A stretch of DNA of 47,292 bases from Emiliania huxleyi CCMP1516 (GCF_000372725.1 NW_005201392.1:1245184-1292475); one strand, 5' to 3'. Numbered from the stretch's first letter, positions 22,350-34,868 are shown. Numbers and translations are program-made. Notes: generated by a model not told the origin, from the sequence alone.

Positions 22350-23588
22350 ACGGCGCCACTTCTTATTTGGACCCTTGAATGTACTCTCCTAAGCTGTGAA
22401 TCAGACGCACTTGCCTTCGGGGGCCAATCCCGCTAGGGTGGGCGTGCTTTCACAGCCTCACGAGAGTACCTTGAATGGGTGGCTGTACTCTTCACTGAGC
22501 CCACGGCCACGGAGCTGGCCTTGCCATACCGTCCGCCTTGCGAGCGTGCTCACGCACGATCCTGGGCTCGTGCTTGCACGCGGTCGCAGCGTCATCAAGG
22601 CTCCACGCCACGACAGGACCGGCCATGCCGGGTGGCGTCCTCGCAACATCTGGAGAGGTGGGCAAGGCCTCTGAGGAGGCGTGGGGCGTGCTGACGGTGA
22701 GCAACAAGATCGCTCCCGCGGCGCCAAAGCGGCGTGCGCGTGGCGGCAAGGCCAGCCGCGCGCGCCGGCTCGAGAACTTCCGGCAGCACAAGGCTGCGGC
22801 ACCTGCGGCTGCTCCTGCGATCAAGTGGGAGCAGCTCGCCCACGGCCTCTTGCGTCAGCAACGCGCGACTCTGCGCGACGGCGCGCGAGCTGCCTGGGTG
22901 CGCATGCGCGCCGCTCGCGCGAAGATCGGCGCGGCGGTGCGGAGCGCGCGGAGGTGTAGGTCTCTGCTCGCGCGTCACCTCGAGTCCCTTCCCACTGCTT
23001 GATCAAACCCTTGGCCCTCTGATGTCCAGTGCAGCACATGTCTCTTGGTGTGTGTGCTGTGGGCCCTTCTTGTCTCTGCAATAGACCGTGTGAGGTAACA
23101 CCTACCTACCTACAATCGTCGACGGCAAGCTCGAGAACTGCGCCTCTCCTAGGCCTCTCCAAATAAGTCGCCCAGATGTGCGCCTCTCGCGGCGCGCTGA
23201 GTTAGTATCGCCGGTGTGCCAGCCGGCTCTGCTCCACAGCAGGGCATGCCTGACTGGCTCCTGCTAGCCGTGCGTCCTGGTGGCATCCATAGCCAGCTCA
23301 AGTAGCCCCAGGTGCCAGGAGGTCGCCTCGCGCACGACTCGGCGCCGCACAGCACCGCGCTCCGCGTTACTACCGAGTTAGCACCCGATCGCGTTGGGGC
23401 ACAGAGCGCACTGTTGCTTTTGCAGCGCCTCTTGTTCCCAAGTTAACCCAAGAGGCGCTCGGACACACGTGAACGAAACGGAGGCGGTCCTCACTGGAGG
23501 CGCCTGCCCTGGCGCTGGCCCCCTGCCCCAAAACGAGATGAGAAATCCTTTCCGGGCGTGGGGGTTTACACGCACAGGCTCTCATTTC

Positions 23589-23618
23589 CTCCCTTGGGTT
23601 GTCTGTTTTCTTTCTTTT
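23589..23618 (+). mobile_element. 30-bp extreme 5'-truncated (TTTC)n-tailed non-LTR insertion
   Basis: ctcccttgggttgtctgttttctttctttt flanked by 13-bp TSD aggctctcatttc (23576-23588 / 23619-23631). Confidence 0.85.
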
Positions 23619-23646
23619 AGGCTCTCATTTCGTATCACTACCGCGG

Positions 23647-25248
23647 TCGTGCCACAAGATTAAGGCGGCCATGCCCCCCCGCCGCACACGCTACGCGCAC
23701 ACAGACATAACACCTCTCTCTCTCTCAGACTGATCACAGACTGAAGCTGCACAACAAACAAACACCGTCCTCATAGCCACTCCGGAGCGGGAGCACGATA
23801 GCAGAGCTGCGGGGGGGAGGGGGGCGGAGGGGGCGGGGGCGGGGAGGAGCCGAAGCGCGCTCCCGGTAGTCGCTCTCGCGCAGCCCGTCTGCCGTCAGAG
23901 TGGCGGAACGGCACTGCCTCGCCCCTCCCATGCCGCCGTCCGAGCTTCACCTGCGTGCGATGGCGAGGGGGGAGCGAGAGCGAGGGGGCCTGCTCGCGTA
24001 TGGCCGAGAGCGCGCCGGCGAGAGCGCGCTGTTGTCCGCAGGCCGGAGAGCCCTGCGGGCGAAAGGCGGCATGACTGTGTCGGCCCAATGAGCCTCCGGC
24101 GGCCCTACGGGGTATCCGCCGGCCAGCGCCTAGCCTTGCGCTGCGCGCTGCGGCCGGGCGCTGACCGGCGGAGCGCCTGCGGCGCAGCGCTGCGCGCGTC
24201 CTCCCCTTTGCCAGCCTCGACAGCGCGCTGGGGGAATGCAAAGCCACTGGGAAGTGACGGCCAGGAGCAAAGGAGCGGCCGGAGCGCGGCGAAAGACTGA
24301 CGGGAAGTGGCCGCCGCGTACGGCCTCCGGCGGGCCTCCGGCAGACGCCTGCAGCGTGGCGCTGCCCGCGACCGGCCCCGTCTCGGTGTGCGCTGCGGGA
24401 CGGCCTCGCTCAAACGCGCACCTGCCGAGGCGGGGCGGTCACGAGACCGGCTGAAATCGCGGCCACAGCTGCTTCGGGGGGTGAGGATGGCTGGCCATGA
24501 TCAGCTTCTCCCGACGTGCCCGCTGGCCAGCTGGCTACGATCAGCCGTTCGGAACATATCCTGGGCGCGGCCGAGCAGCAGGCGCTGGGTACCTCGACGC
24601 AAGGAAATTTCTTTTTTCGCGCCCACGCGAACGCGCCGAGCCAAAGAAGCTCCGCGGAGCCGCCAGGCGCCCGCCGCGGCGGTTCGCTCGCTAAGGCGGG
24701 CGCCTGGCGGCGCCGCTGCGCAAAAAAGCGCGAACTGGTCACTCCCAGGCGCCAGGGGTCTTCTTTTTGCGCAGCGGCGCCCAGGCGCCCGCCCCGGCGG
24801 TGAGCGACGCGTAGCGAGCGAACCGCCGGGGTGGGCGCCTGGCGGCTCCGCGGAGCTCGTTAGGCTCGGCGCGGGCGCGGGGGCGCGAAGAAAAGAAATT
24901 TCCTCCAGTGGTCCACCCAGCGCCTGCGTTCGGCGAAGGCCGCGAAAAATTAGAGCCCGCGAAATCGCTGCTGCGTCAGGACGCGAGTACCTCGCGAGAA
25001 GCCGTTCAAGCCCGGCCATCCTCCCCCCCCGAAGCAGCTGTGGCCGCGATTTCAGCCGGTCTCGTGACCGCCCCGCCCCGGCAGGCGCGCGTTTGAGCGA
25101 GGCCGTCGTGCAGCGCACCGAGAAGGGGCCGGTCGCGCGCAGCGCCACGCCGCAGGCGTCCGCCGGAGGCCCGCCGGAGGCTGTATGCGGCGGCCACTTC
25201 CCCTCGGTCTTTCGCCGCGCTCCGGCCGCTCCTTGGCTCCTGGCCGTC
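23647..25248. mobile_element. Repeat family B copy containing a ~1-kb imperfect palindrome (24256-25248)
   Basis: 23647-24576 is repeated at 28953-29898. Arms ~24256-24730 and ~24760-25248 are reverse complements. Confidence 0.75.
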
Positions 25249-26006
25249 TCTTCCGAGCGGCTTTGCGCGCCCCCAACATTCCCCTGACAGCAGCGCCTCA
25301 CGGCGTGGGCTGCGAGGTCACTCGGGGTGACCCAGGGGGCGGCGGGGGAGCACTCTTCCGCCGGAGTATCGACGGTCTTCCCGCTACTCGCTCGTAGCCC
25401 ACCACCTTCCCGGCAGCCCCACCCGCTCGGTCCTCACTTCTCCCCCCCCCCCCCCCCTTTCAGGCGAGGCCCTGGCCACCAAACTCGCGCTCGTCGTTCC
25501 GGGAACGGGCAGCAGCGCGACGCTTTTCGAGAGCGAGCGGCGGCGGCGGCTCAGCACCAACCTTTGCAACGCAGGGGCTGGCTGCGTGGGCCCCCCCCAC
25601 CGGACTCCGTCGGGCTCGCGTCTCCCTACCTCTCGCGGGAGCTGAGGGGAGCGCAGTGTGTGTCTGCGTCTGTGTCTGTGTCTGTGTCTGTGTCCCTGTC
25701 GTGTCGTGTGTGTCGTGTGTAACTCTCGCACTGGCCACTGCTCTATCTTAGCTCTCGCCACAGGCTCTCACAGCGCCTCGCCCTCGCCGCCCCTCGGGGC
25801 CCTCCCCGCCCGCACGCTCGACACACGACAGAACCCGGACGACGTGCGTTTTTGCTTCTCTACAAAACACGCACACCCACGCCCGCCCCAGTGAGCGGAC
25901 CCAGCGCCATCGAGAAGAAAGACTTTTTTGGCGAGCCAACGCAGCCGAGAGATAAATTCTCCATAAAAGAGAGCCTACCCGCTATAGCGGTGCAGAGCGC
26001 GAACTC

Positions 26007-26067
26007 GCCGTACTGAGCCTAGCGCAGCGCGAACTCGCCGTCTGAGCCTAGCGCAGCGCGAACTCGA
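26007..26067 (+). repeat. Short 29/30-bp tandem repeat (tgagcctagcgcagcgcgaactcgccgtc)
   Basis: About 2.5 units here and 3 units at 44988-45062. Confidence 0.8.
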
Positions 26068-27114
26068 TCCTGTTCATAGCTGCGCAACCCTAGCCGAGCT
26101 CCATTTTTCATTTTTCGCAACCGGGGGATTACGCTCTGGCTGCAAGTGCTCGACGCCCCCGCGGTGAACGAGGGCGTTTTGTTCCCGGGCATTCACACTA
26201 TATTCCTCTGAGATAATGTTATATTTCGCCGCCACCGCGGCGGCGCGCGCGCCTTATCCGCGCGCTATATTAGTAGAGCCAAACTTGTGTTCTTGTTTTG
26301 GGTCAAACTTGTTACAGCTCAGCGATCGCGATGCGGCCCCTGCCTAGCTTCCTGCTCCTATGCGCGAGCTATGGCGTGACCGCTATCGCGTATGGCTTCC
26401 CCTCCGGGAAGCACGGCCTCGACTACTGCATCGCCGAGGCCGACACCACCAGCGACATGACAGCGTCGACCACCATGGCACCTCCACCATGGACAAGCCT
26501 TGCACCATCTATGTCAGCCACCACCTGGGCGCCTGGCGTGTGCGAGCACAACCCTATGCGGGATGAAGGATCTGAACAATGCACTCGACCGGCCTCTTTG
26601 AGCCCGTCCGAGTCCGCCATTTGTTTCGACGATCCAATTTTTGACTTCTTCCTCGCTATTTGCAGACTTCAGACCAGTACAAGTGAGGACACGTGTGCCT
26701 CCACTCACACTACCTCCCAGGCGATGGAGCACGCGCTACAGTCGGCTCCTGAGGCCTCATCCACCCACTGCGGCCAATCTGAATTTTTGGCCCTCCGCAG
26801 CCCCGCGATACAGGTGCACTCATGGCCCAATACGATGGCGCTACAACTCATGAGGCACGGGACCCTTGCTGCGACAACCCAGCCCCATAGGAAGCCTGCG
26901 ACATACATGCCGCCGCCACCTTTGCTGGGTCACCCAATGCTGCCCATTCTTCTGGGTCAGTGCGACGGGAACGGCTTCCTTTGCCTCCAAAATGTTTCAC
27001 CGTGGAACGCTACATTTGACCCTACATCTTGGCAGAAAGTCCTTCCCCGGGACCACTCGGACACGTCGAGTGCAGGAGAGGCATTGCACCATGGGACATG
27101 TTCTTCTGGAACAC

Positions 27115-28198
27115 CTCCTTCCTCGTTTCCTGGGGATTCGTTCGCTCGACCATCGACGTGTGCCTGTATATCTACCGATCTGGCAATCTTGTCTTATGGG
27201 TGCTAGTTTACGTCGACGACATACTCATCGCCGACAACTGCCCCACGCTGCGCGCCCGTTTTGTTGCCGACATCTCCAAGCGCTTTCCTACCGAGGACAA
27301 AGGCGAGCTCGAATGGATACTGAACACCGCCATCACGCGTGACCGCGGCGCACGGACCCTGAACTTGTCCCAGGGCCTCTACGCCGCCGACCTCGTTACC
27401 AAGTTCAGCGCCTATTTCGATCGGTCCCGCTCACGCCGCTTCGACTCGCCTATGGAAGAGGGGCTCGAACTGTCCGCCGATGACCAGCCCGCCGTTGGAT
27501 CTGTTGAATACGACGAAATGTCCGAACTCCGCACCGCCTACATGGCCATCGTCGGCGGACTACTGTGGCTTGCCAATATGACGCGCGTCGACATTGCTTA
27601 TTCCGCGTCTCAGCTTGCTCGGTTTATGACGAACCCTGGCCCGTCGCATTTTAAAGCCGCCATCCGGGTGCTTATCTACGTGCGCGACACAGCTGACCGC
27701 GCCCTCGTCATGCAGCCGAATCCCAACCGCAACCTTGAGAGCTACGTCGATTCAAACTGGGCAACGAAGTTCTCTTGCTCCGGTGGCATGTTCTTCTTCT
27801 ACGGATGTCTCTTCCACTGGTTCTCCAAAATGCAGCGATCCGTCACGCTGTCTAGTGCCGAGGGCGAGGCAGAGTTCTTCGGCGCCATGCTAGCCGCCAA
27901 GGAGGTGATTTTCATCCGTGAGCTACTGATCGACCTTGGATTTTCCATCGACGGCGCCAGCGTCATCAACTGCGACAGCAAGTCCGCCGTCGGCATGGCC
28001 TTCGATCCCGTTGCCTTCAAGAAAACCAAGCACATCTTGCGCGCCGCCGAGTTTCTTCGCGATCTCGTCAGCCGTGGCGTTATCTCCGTCGAACACCTCC
28101 CCGGCGTCGTGATGCTCGCCGACCTGCTCACGAAGGCTGCCTCGCGGGCCATCTTTACTGGCCTGATCAAGCAGCTCGACGACTTTCATGCCCTTTGA
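27115..28198 (+). pseudogene. Copia pol fragment: RT C-terminal half plus RNase H
   Basis: VLVYVDDILI, TRVDIAYSASQLARFM, YVDSNWA, KMQRSVTLSSAEGEAEF, CDSKSA, KTKHI and MLADLLTK. No gag, protease or integrase recognised. Confidence 0.95.
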
Positions 28199-28270
28199 AT
28201 TTATTTGTCCCTCGCGCCCCGCACTCGGGCCAGGAGGGGCTGTTCCCGGGCATTCACACTATATTCCTCT

Positions 28271-28739
28271 TGGAGCACTTGGAGTGCAGTCGGCAGCCTC
28301 ACATCCAGGGCCGGGGAGCTCAGAAGCGCACCCAGCGGGCCGGATGATCGGGATCGGGTTACGGGCTAGAGAGCCCTGACCCCTAGGGGGGGGTGCGCGT
28401 TCGCAGGGCAAGGGCCTTAAAGTAAACACAGTTCTCCGAGGGGGCTCCGTGTACCGGGTTTCCCCTTAACTGCAGAACGCCCCCTCTACTCGGAGCTAGT
28501 GGACACGGACACTACGACACCACCCGTCACGTACACACACGACTGTCTAACGTGTACACTGCCCGGCCTCGTCCCCCACCCTTCAGGGTGAATCCTCAGT
28601 CTGGTTCGGTCTCTTGCTCGCCTTTCGGGCGTCGCCCCACTGCCTTTGCAGTCGTTTCTGGTGTCTCTTCCTCGGGGGCGGTCCCTCCGCCCCACCTCCG
28701 TCGGCTAGCCCCATTGGCCCCGAGGGAGCCGACAGCCCG
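28271..28739 (-). mobile_element. 5'-truncated non-LTR element (family C, (ctccaagtg)n tail) nested in the Copia 3' LTR
   Basis: Absent from the 5' LTR. 28269-28504 is the reverse complement of 37019-37252. Confidence 0.85.
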
Positions 28740-28952
28740 CTGAGATAATATTATATTTCGCCGCCACCGCGGCGCGCGCGCCTTATCCGCGCGCTATATT
28801 AGTAGAGCCAAACTTGTGTTCTTGTTTTGGGTCAAACTTGTTACAGCTCAGCGATCGCGATGCGGCCCCTGCCTAGCTTCCTGCTCCTCCTATGCGCGAG
28901 CTATGGCGTGACCGCTATCGCGTACGTTTTAAGTTTAACACGCATAGGCTGT

Positions 28953-29898
28953 TCGTGCCACAAGATTAAGGCGGTCATGCCCCCCCCGCACACGCTACGC
29001 GCACACAGACTGACAAAACAAATCTCTCAGACCCTGATCGGCAGGACACAGCGCACAGCTCAGGCTGAAGCTGCACAACACCAAACAAACACCGTCATCA
29101 TAGCCACTCCGGAGCGGGAGCATTAGCAGAGCTGCGCGGGGGAGGGGGGTGGAGGGGGCGGGGGCGGGGAGGAGCCGAAGCGCGCTCCCGGTAGTCGCTC
29201 TCGCGCAGCCCGTCTGCCGTCAGAGTGGAACGGCACTGCTTCGCCCCACCCATGCCGCCGTCCGAGCGTCACCTGCGTGCGATGCCGAGGGGGGAGCGAG
29301 AGCGAGGGGGCCTGCTCGCGTATGGCCGAGAGCGCGCCGGCGAGAGCGCGCTGTTGTCCGCAGGCCGGAGAGCCCTGCGGGCGAAAGGCGGCATGACTGT
29401 GTCGGCCCAAAGAGCCTCCGGCGGCCCTACGGGGTATCCGCCGGCCAGCGCCTAGCCTTGCGCTGCGCGCTGCGGCCGGGCGCTGACCGGCGGAGCGCCT
29501 GCGGCGCAGCGCTGCGCGCGTCCTCCCCTTTGCCAGCCTCGACAGCGCGCTGGGGGAACGCAAAGCCGCTGGGAAGTGACGGCCAGGAGCAAAGGAGCGG
29601 CCGGAGCGCGGCGAAAGACTGACGGGAAGTGGCCGCCGCGTACGGCCTCCGGCGGGCCTCCGGCAGACGCCTGCAGCGTGGCGCTGCCCGCGACCGGCCC
29701 CGTCTCGGTGTGCGCTGCGGGACGGCCTCGCTCAAACGCGCACCTGCCGAGGCGGGGCGTTCACGAGACCGGCTGAAATCGCGGCCACAGCTGCTTCGGG
29801 GGTTGAGGATGGCTGGCCATGATCAGCTTCTCCCGAGGTGCCCGCTGGCCAGCTGGCTACGATCAGCCGTTCGGAACATATCCTGGGCGCGGCCGAGC
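28953..29898 (+). repeat. Repeat family B, copy 2
   Basis: Near-identical to 23647-24576. Confidence 0.9.
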
Positions 29899-29980
29899 GC
29901 TGGCGCTGGCTACCCAACCGGGGCGCGAGATCAAAGACTATAGTCGAGCGCGTCGGAGAGGTGTTTCAGATATATTTGCA

Positions 29981-30460
29981 CTTCTCGGGTCCGAGGGCAG
30001 CCTCAACTGGAGTAGGGAAATTTGGATCTTGGTCAAACGCCTGCTGGGGGCAGCTTCGCGGAAGTATTCCGGAAGCCAGATGATCCCCCAGCAGGCACAC
30101 ACACACGGAGGTGACAGGGGATGGTGGTGGGTTCAAGCAAAGAAGGGGAGGGAGAGAGCGACGCGGCGAGCGCAGGCGGCGAGCGTGCACGTCGCCTGTG
30201 CGGCGTCTTGTTCACTCCCCTTTGAGCTACCTTTGTGCCCCCTTAGGGGCACCCCTCCTGCGCTGCGCGTATGGTCACCCCTCCCTTCCGCCCTGCCTGT
30301 TGTTTTGGATGCCCCGCTCCGAGAAAGCATGTCTCGCAGCTGCGAGAAAAGACCTTCTCGGGTCCGAGGGCAGCCTCAACTGGAGTAGGGAAATTTGGAT
30401 CTTGGTCAAACGCCTGCTGGGGGCAGCTTCGCGGAAGTATTCCGGAAGCCAGATGATCCC
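29981..30460. repeat. 107-bp perfect direct repeat pair
   Basis: 29981-30087 equals 30354-30460. Confidence 0.9.
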
Positions 30461-31424
30461 ACTTGTCAACAGCAGGCGCCAGCGAGCCAACCTGCTAGTA
30501 GATCTAGGATTTTCGCGTCAGTTGGCTGAGTTGCCGAGGTAAGGGGAATGATCAGAATGGCAAGGCTGGGAATGCGTTCTCAGAACGTTCAGAACACCGG
30601 CCACTGGGCCCGCCTGAGGCGCTGAGACCCGGAGCCTCTCTCTCGGCACTAGCAGCAGACAGGCACAGGGACAGTGACGCGGCTCATCAGTCCTCCCTCA
30701 GCCCGACCTCGGACGGAAGACTACAAAGGTCGCAGGAACGATCAGAGAACGGCATCCATCCAGGCGGCACCGGCCCTACGACTCGGACCGTGCCACAGCC
30801 CATCCCCCCGGGCAGCCCACCGCCCACCGCCCGGCCCCAGCCGGTCCGACCTCTTCACGCGGCGACGATCGCACCGCCGGCCGCCGCTGGCAGGGCCGCC
30901 GCCTCCGTCGGCGCCAGAACAGGCTCGAGCAGCAGCCACGACTCGTACTCTGCCGACGGCGAGCCGTCGTATACATCGACGACTCGAGCGAGAGGTCCGT
31001 CGCCGCGCCGTTGTCAACGTACGTCGAACTTGGCGACGAAGTTGACGCGGTCACGCTCGATATAGCGGGTACACCTGGTGCGGCGCGCATACTTGAGCAC
31101 ACCGTGGTTGGTGCAGTTGGCGCACGTGCCTGTGGGATAGGGCGCCATAGCGACGCGCGCGCTCCGGGTATTTTTCGGGTATACCTGAGAATTCTCGGGT
31201 ATACCCGGGTTTTACTCGGCCGGCCACCTGGGTCGGTCCGAGGGTGTTCCAGGAATGATCAGAATGGCGAGGGCCAGAACGTGTTACATGTACTAGTCAG
31301 AACGGACCCCAGTTGCCGTTCCCGGCAACTCAGGTCAGTGGCGGCCAACACAGAAACAGCGTGCTACTGTGTTGAGTGCGGGAGGCGCCCCTGATGCCAC
31401 TGGACTCAATCCGAGCCGGCGGCG

Positions 31425-32278
31425 CCTTCGTCCGGGCCCACGGCCGGCTCGCCATCTCGATTTCCACTCGCCCGACGCGCTCAGTCTCCGCTGCCGGCTG
31501 CCGCAAGAGCGGCTGGCTCACGACAGCGTCTTGCCGGTTGTCGGATGGGAGAGTACAGAACGTCTTGAGTGTAACTGTGTACGTGAGATCGGTCTTGGTA
31601 ACAAGCACAGTCGGTCTATCAGAAGCGATGCACTCGTTTCCGTTGCCCTCGGAGCTTGACACGAAGCTCAGCGCACCCCGCAAAACAGGAAGAGCCGTCC
31701 GGCAAGAAGAGCTCGACAGGGAGCGAGAACCGTTAGAGGTGCTCCGAGAGGTATCAGGACTCCGTCATAACACGGTAAGATCGCCCCAACAATGACCGCG
31801 CAGACGTCGGATCTCGTTGATATATCTTGCAAAATCTGCTCTTCCCGAGCCGGCAGCATGCAGAGAGGCGCAGAAAGGCTACGAGTGCTCGACGAGTTTT
31901 GAGACCTGCGCGGTCAAACCTGGGGGGAACTGACCGCACCATGACGGACGTCCGAAACCTGCGTGAGCACCTTTGACGGTTCTCGCTCCCCATCGAGCTC
32001 TTCTTGCCGCACGGCTCTTCCTGTGTGCCGGCACAGAGCTCCGTGCAAGCCGTCCAGCGAGATAGGAACGAGTATATCGCATCGACGGATCGACCGTGCT
32101 TGTTATCAAGACTGATATGACGTACACAGTGACACATCAGACGACACATATTCTCTCACCCGGCGGGCCGCCAAAACGCTCTCGACGAGAGCCACAAGAA
32201 GCCGTCCGCACAGCAAGCCGGTGGAGGCCGAGCGCGCGGAATCGATGATGGCGTGCCGGCCGTGGGCCCGGACGAAGG
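31425..32278. repeat. Diverged foldback (inverted arms of about 320 bp)
   Basis: 31425-31745 matches 31965-32278 as reverse complement, e.g. ggcaagaagagctcga / tcgagctcttcttgcc and ccttcgtccgggcccacggccggc / gccggccgtgggcccggacgaagg. Confidence 0.8.
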
Positions 32279-32314
32279 TCCTGGCTCGAAAACGCGAGGA
32301 GAGGCCGCCGTGTG

Positions 32315-33205
32315 CTGAGGGAGGGTGTAGAGGATGTAGAGTGTAGAGCGCTGTAGAGCTGTAGAGCTGTAGAGCGCTGTAGAGCGCTGTAGAGCTGTAG
32401 AGCTCTACATCCGCCGCGGGACGAAGCGCCTGCGTTGTAGAGCGATGTAGAGCGCGATTTTGTTGTAGAGTTTGTTGTAGAGGCTCTACAGCCAAACCGC
32501 CGGGAAGGCAGTGACTCAAAGAGGCCGAGTCGCACTAATGGGGTGTCTCCGAGCTTACTGGAGCTCTGATGGACGGCCCTGACTATCCCTGACACACAGA
32601 GAGTCACTCTGACGGCACACAACACCCTATAACTGCGTCATGACCAGCCTGCCATGCGTCGCCGGTGCCGCATTCGTCGCAGTGCTTCTGTAGCAGGCGG
32701 TGGACTGTCGGCTGCGAGGACGGTCGCATTTGCGCGAGGCGAGGCGAGCATTGCTGCGCGTTGCATGCGCCATGCCTCGCGCCAGCGCGTGCGGGAGCTC
32801 CTGGCTGAGCGTTGAGTCCAGGCGAGTTGCGCTGGCCACGATCGCTACGCCGAGCCGAGCTGACGCGCCGAGGCGCCGGCCAGTCGCAGCCGTGAGGCAT
32901 GCCACAGCAGCAGAGGCACCTGCCACCCATTGGGCGGGCAGACAGAAGGCCAGGGCAGCACTGGCAAGTGCAACGCGCCTCATGTCGGAGAGCGACCGTG
33001 CCTCGTTCGCCGCTTTTGATGTAGAGTTTGTTGTAGAGATTTCACGTTGTAGAGCGCCTCTACATCGCTCTACAACGCAGGCGCTTCGTCCCGCGGCGGA
33101 TGTAGAGCTCTACAGCTCTACAGCGCTCTACAGCGCTCTACAGCGCTCTACAGCTCTACAGCTCTACAGCGCTCTACACTCTACATCCTCTACACCCTCC
33201 CTCAG
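32315..33205. mobile_element. Non-autonomous TIR element with ~135-bp TIRs built from tgtagag repeats, 8-bp TSD
   Basis: Ends ctgagg(g)agggtgtagagg / cctctacaccctccctcag. TSD gccgtgtg at 32307-32314 and 33206-33213. Confidence 0.92.
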
Positions 33206-34868
33206 GCCGTGTGGGGCCACGGCGAGCCTCGGCGAGAAAGGTCAGCAGCCTATCTCACGCCGTCGGTTGGATAGGAGAGTAGGCGGGCTTTGGCCTCCGA
33301 GATCCTCCGAGGGAACGCCGAAAAGAAAAGAACTTTCTTTTTCGCGAAAGCAAATCGCTCCGGAACGGGTCATCTCTCCAGGATCGGCTCGAGGATCGGC
33401 GGGATTGCAACAGCGGTCACGAGATCGGTGCTTGCCGGTCTTTTGGGGGGCGCGCCGCCGGCGCGTCCCCACTTTTGTATGACACCTAGGGATCCCTAAG
33501 CGTGAAAGCTGTCATGGTGACACACTTCGCGGCGAGGTGACAGAGTGTGACACACTCTTCAGAGGCCGCAGGCCGGCGCGCAGCGCCACGCCGCCAGGCG
33601 TCCGCCGGAGGCCCGCCGGAGGCTAGTGCTGCGGCCACATTCCGGCAAGATTCCGCCGGCTCCTGATGCCTGCGCTGCGCTCAAACGTCGCGATTTGGCA
33701 ATAGGCGCTCGAGCCGGCGCACAGCGGACGGGTGCGCCGCGCAGGGGGGTCGGGGGGGTGCGAGAGGGGGCGTGGGTCGGGCGCGCACCGGCCGGCCCCG
33801 GGAACGGCCGTCACGTCGAGGTGGGGGGTTGTCGGCGGCTCGAGCGCCGAGGCGTGCCGCTGCTGTGCCGTCGACAGCCCCTCTTCCGAGCCGGCGCGTG
33901 GCGGCGAGCCGCGGCCAGTGTCGCTTGTGCGGGGGCGGCGCAGCGTTTATCCACCCGCGCCCGCCCGCCCGCCCGCCCGCCCTCAGGCCTTGCCCCTCCG
34001 CAGGCGCGGGAGTGCTCGCCGGCCGCGGCAAGCACCTCCTACCTCTCCTCGCGCGTCAGGCAAGGTGGGGGCAAGCGTGGCGGCGCGGGACGCGCGGCGG
34101 CGGCGGCGAGCAGCCGAGCGCTCCGTGCGCGGTGAGGCGGCCGGGCGAGGGCGCGGCGGGTGACGGGGCAAGGGAGCAGCCGGGCGTGGAGCGGCAGAGC
34201 GCGCGTCTCTGGCTGACAGACGGAGCAGCGACACCGCGCCAGCGGTCGCTGCTCCGCCCCTCCGTCGCGCGCGCCGCGCGCGCGCTGCGCCGCTGCCACT
34301 GTTATCACTGGAGAGCGTGAGCCGTGGCGTGTGTGCGGGAGCCGCACGGTGCGGCGAGAGAGGTCTCCACACTCCAGAGGTGAGAGCAACCCAGCAAGCG
34401 CGCGAGAGTGGAGAGACCCGAGAGACGGTGCGGCGAGAGAGCGCGTGTTTTCTTGTTGTAAAATACTCAAACACATGCCCTCCAACCGGGTGGCGCGCGG
34501 CGGGCCGGCAGCGCCGAGCGCTGCACCTGCAGCGTGGCGGCTGGCGCCCTGGCGCGCACCGCACATCTCTAGAAAACCCCGGCTCTATGAGATCATGGAA
34601 AAAAGCATGAAATCTATATGAAGCGTGATTTCATACCGGATTTGTGATTTCACAACGCAAGATTCATGGGCATGATATCACACTCCGACCGTGAAATCAC
34701 AGCTGGCTGGCGCGAGCGAGTGTCCCGTGTTCATAGCAGATACATGTCGGTCCGTTTGAGGCCTTCCGGTGGTCGAAGCGACCCGGAAGCCGCCGCCACA
34801 GGGGGCACCCACGCGCTAATAGCCCTACGGGGTAGTGAGCTGCGAGCAGGTGCGATACCGGGCCGCAA

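Larger units (their letters stand above)
26180..28924 (+). mobile_element. Internally deleted Ty1/Copia LTR retrotransposon
   Basis: 5' LTR at 26180-26392. 3' LTR at 28241-28924, interrupted at 28271-28739. 5-bp TSD cgttt (26175-26179 / 28925-28929). PBS tggcttcccctccggga at 26393. PPT aggagggg before the 3' LTR. Confidence 0.93.

Noticed and set aside
26007..26067. CRISPR-like array (also 44988-45062, 7951-8420, 46922-47292)
   Set aside because: The units are contiguous with no unique spacers, there are no cas genes, and the context is eukaryotic.
30242..33500. Large element between cttaggggcacccct and cctagggatccctaag
   Set aside because: The ends match imperfectly and the flanking 8-mers differ.
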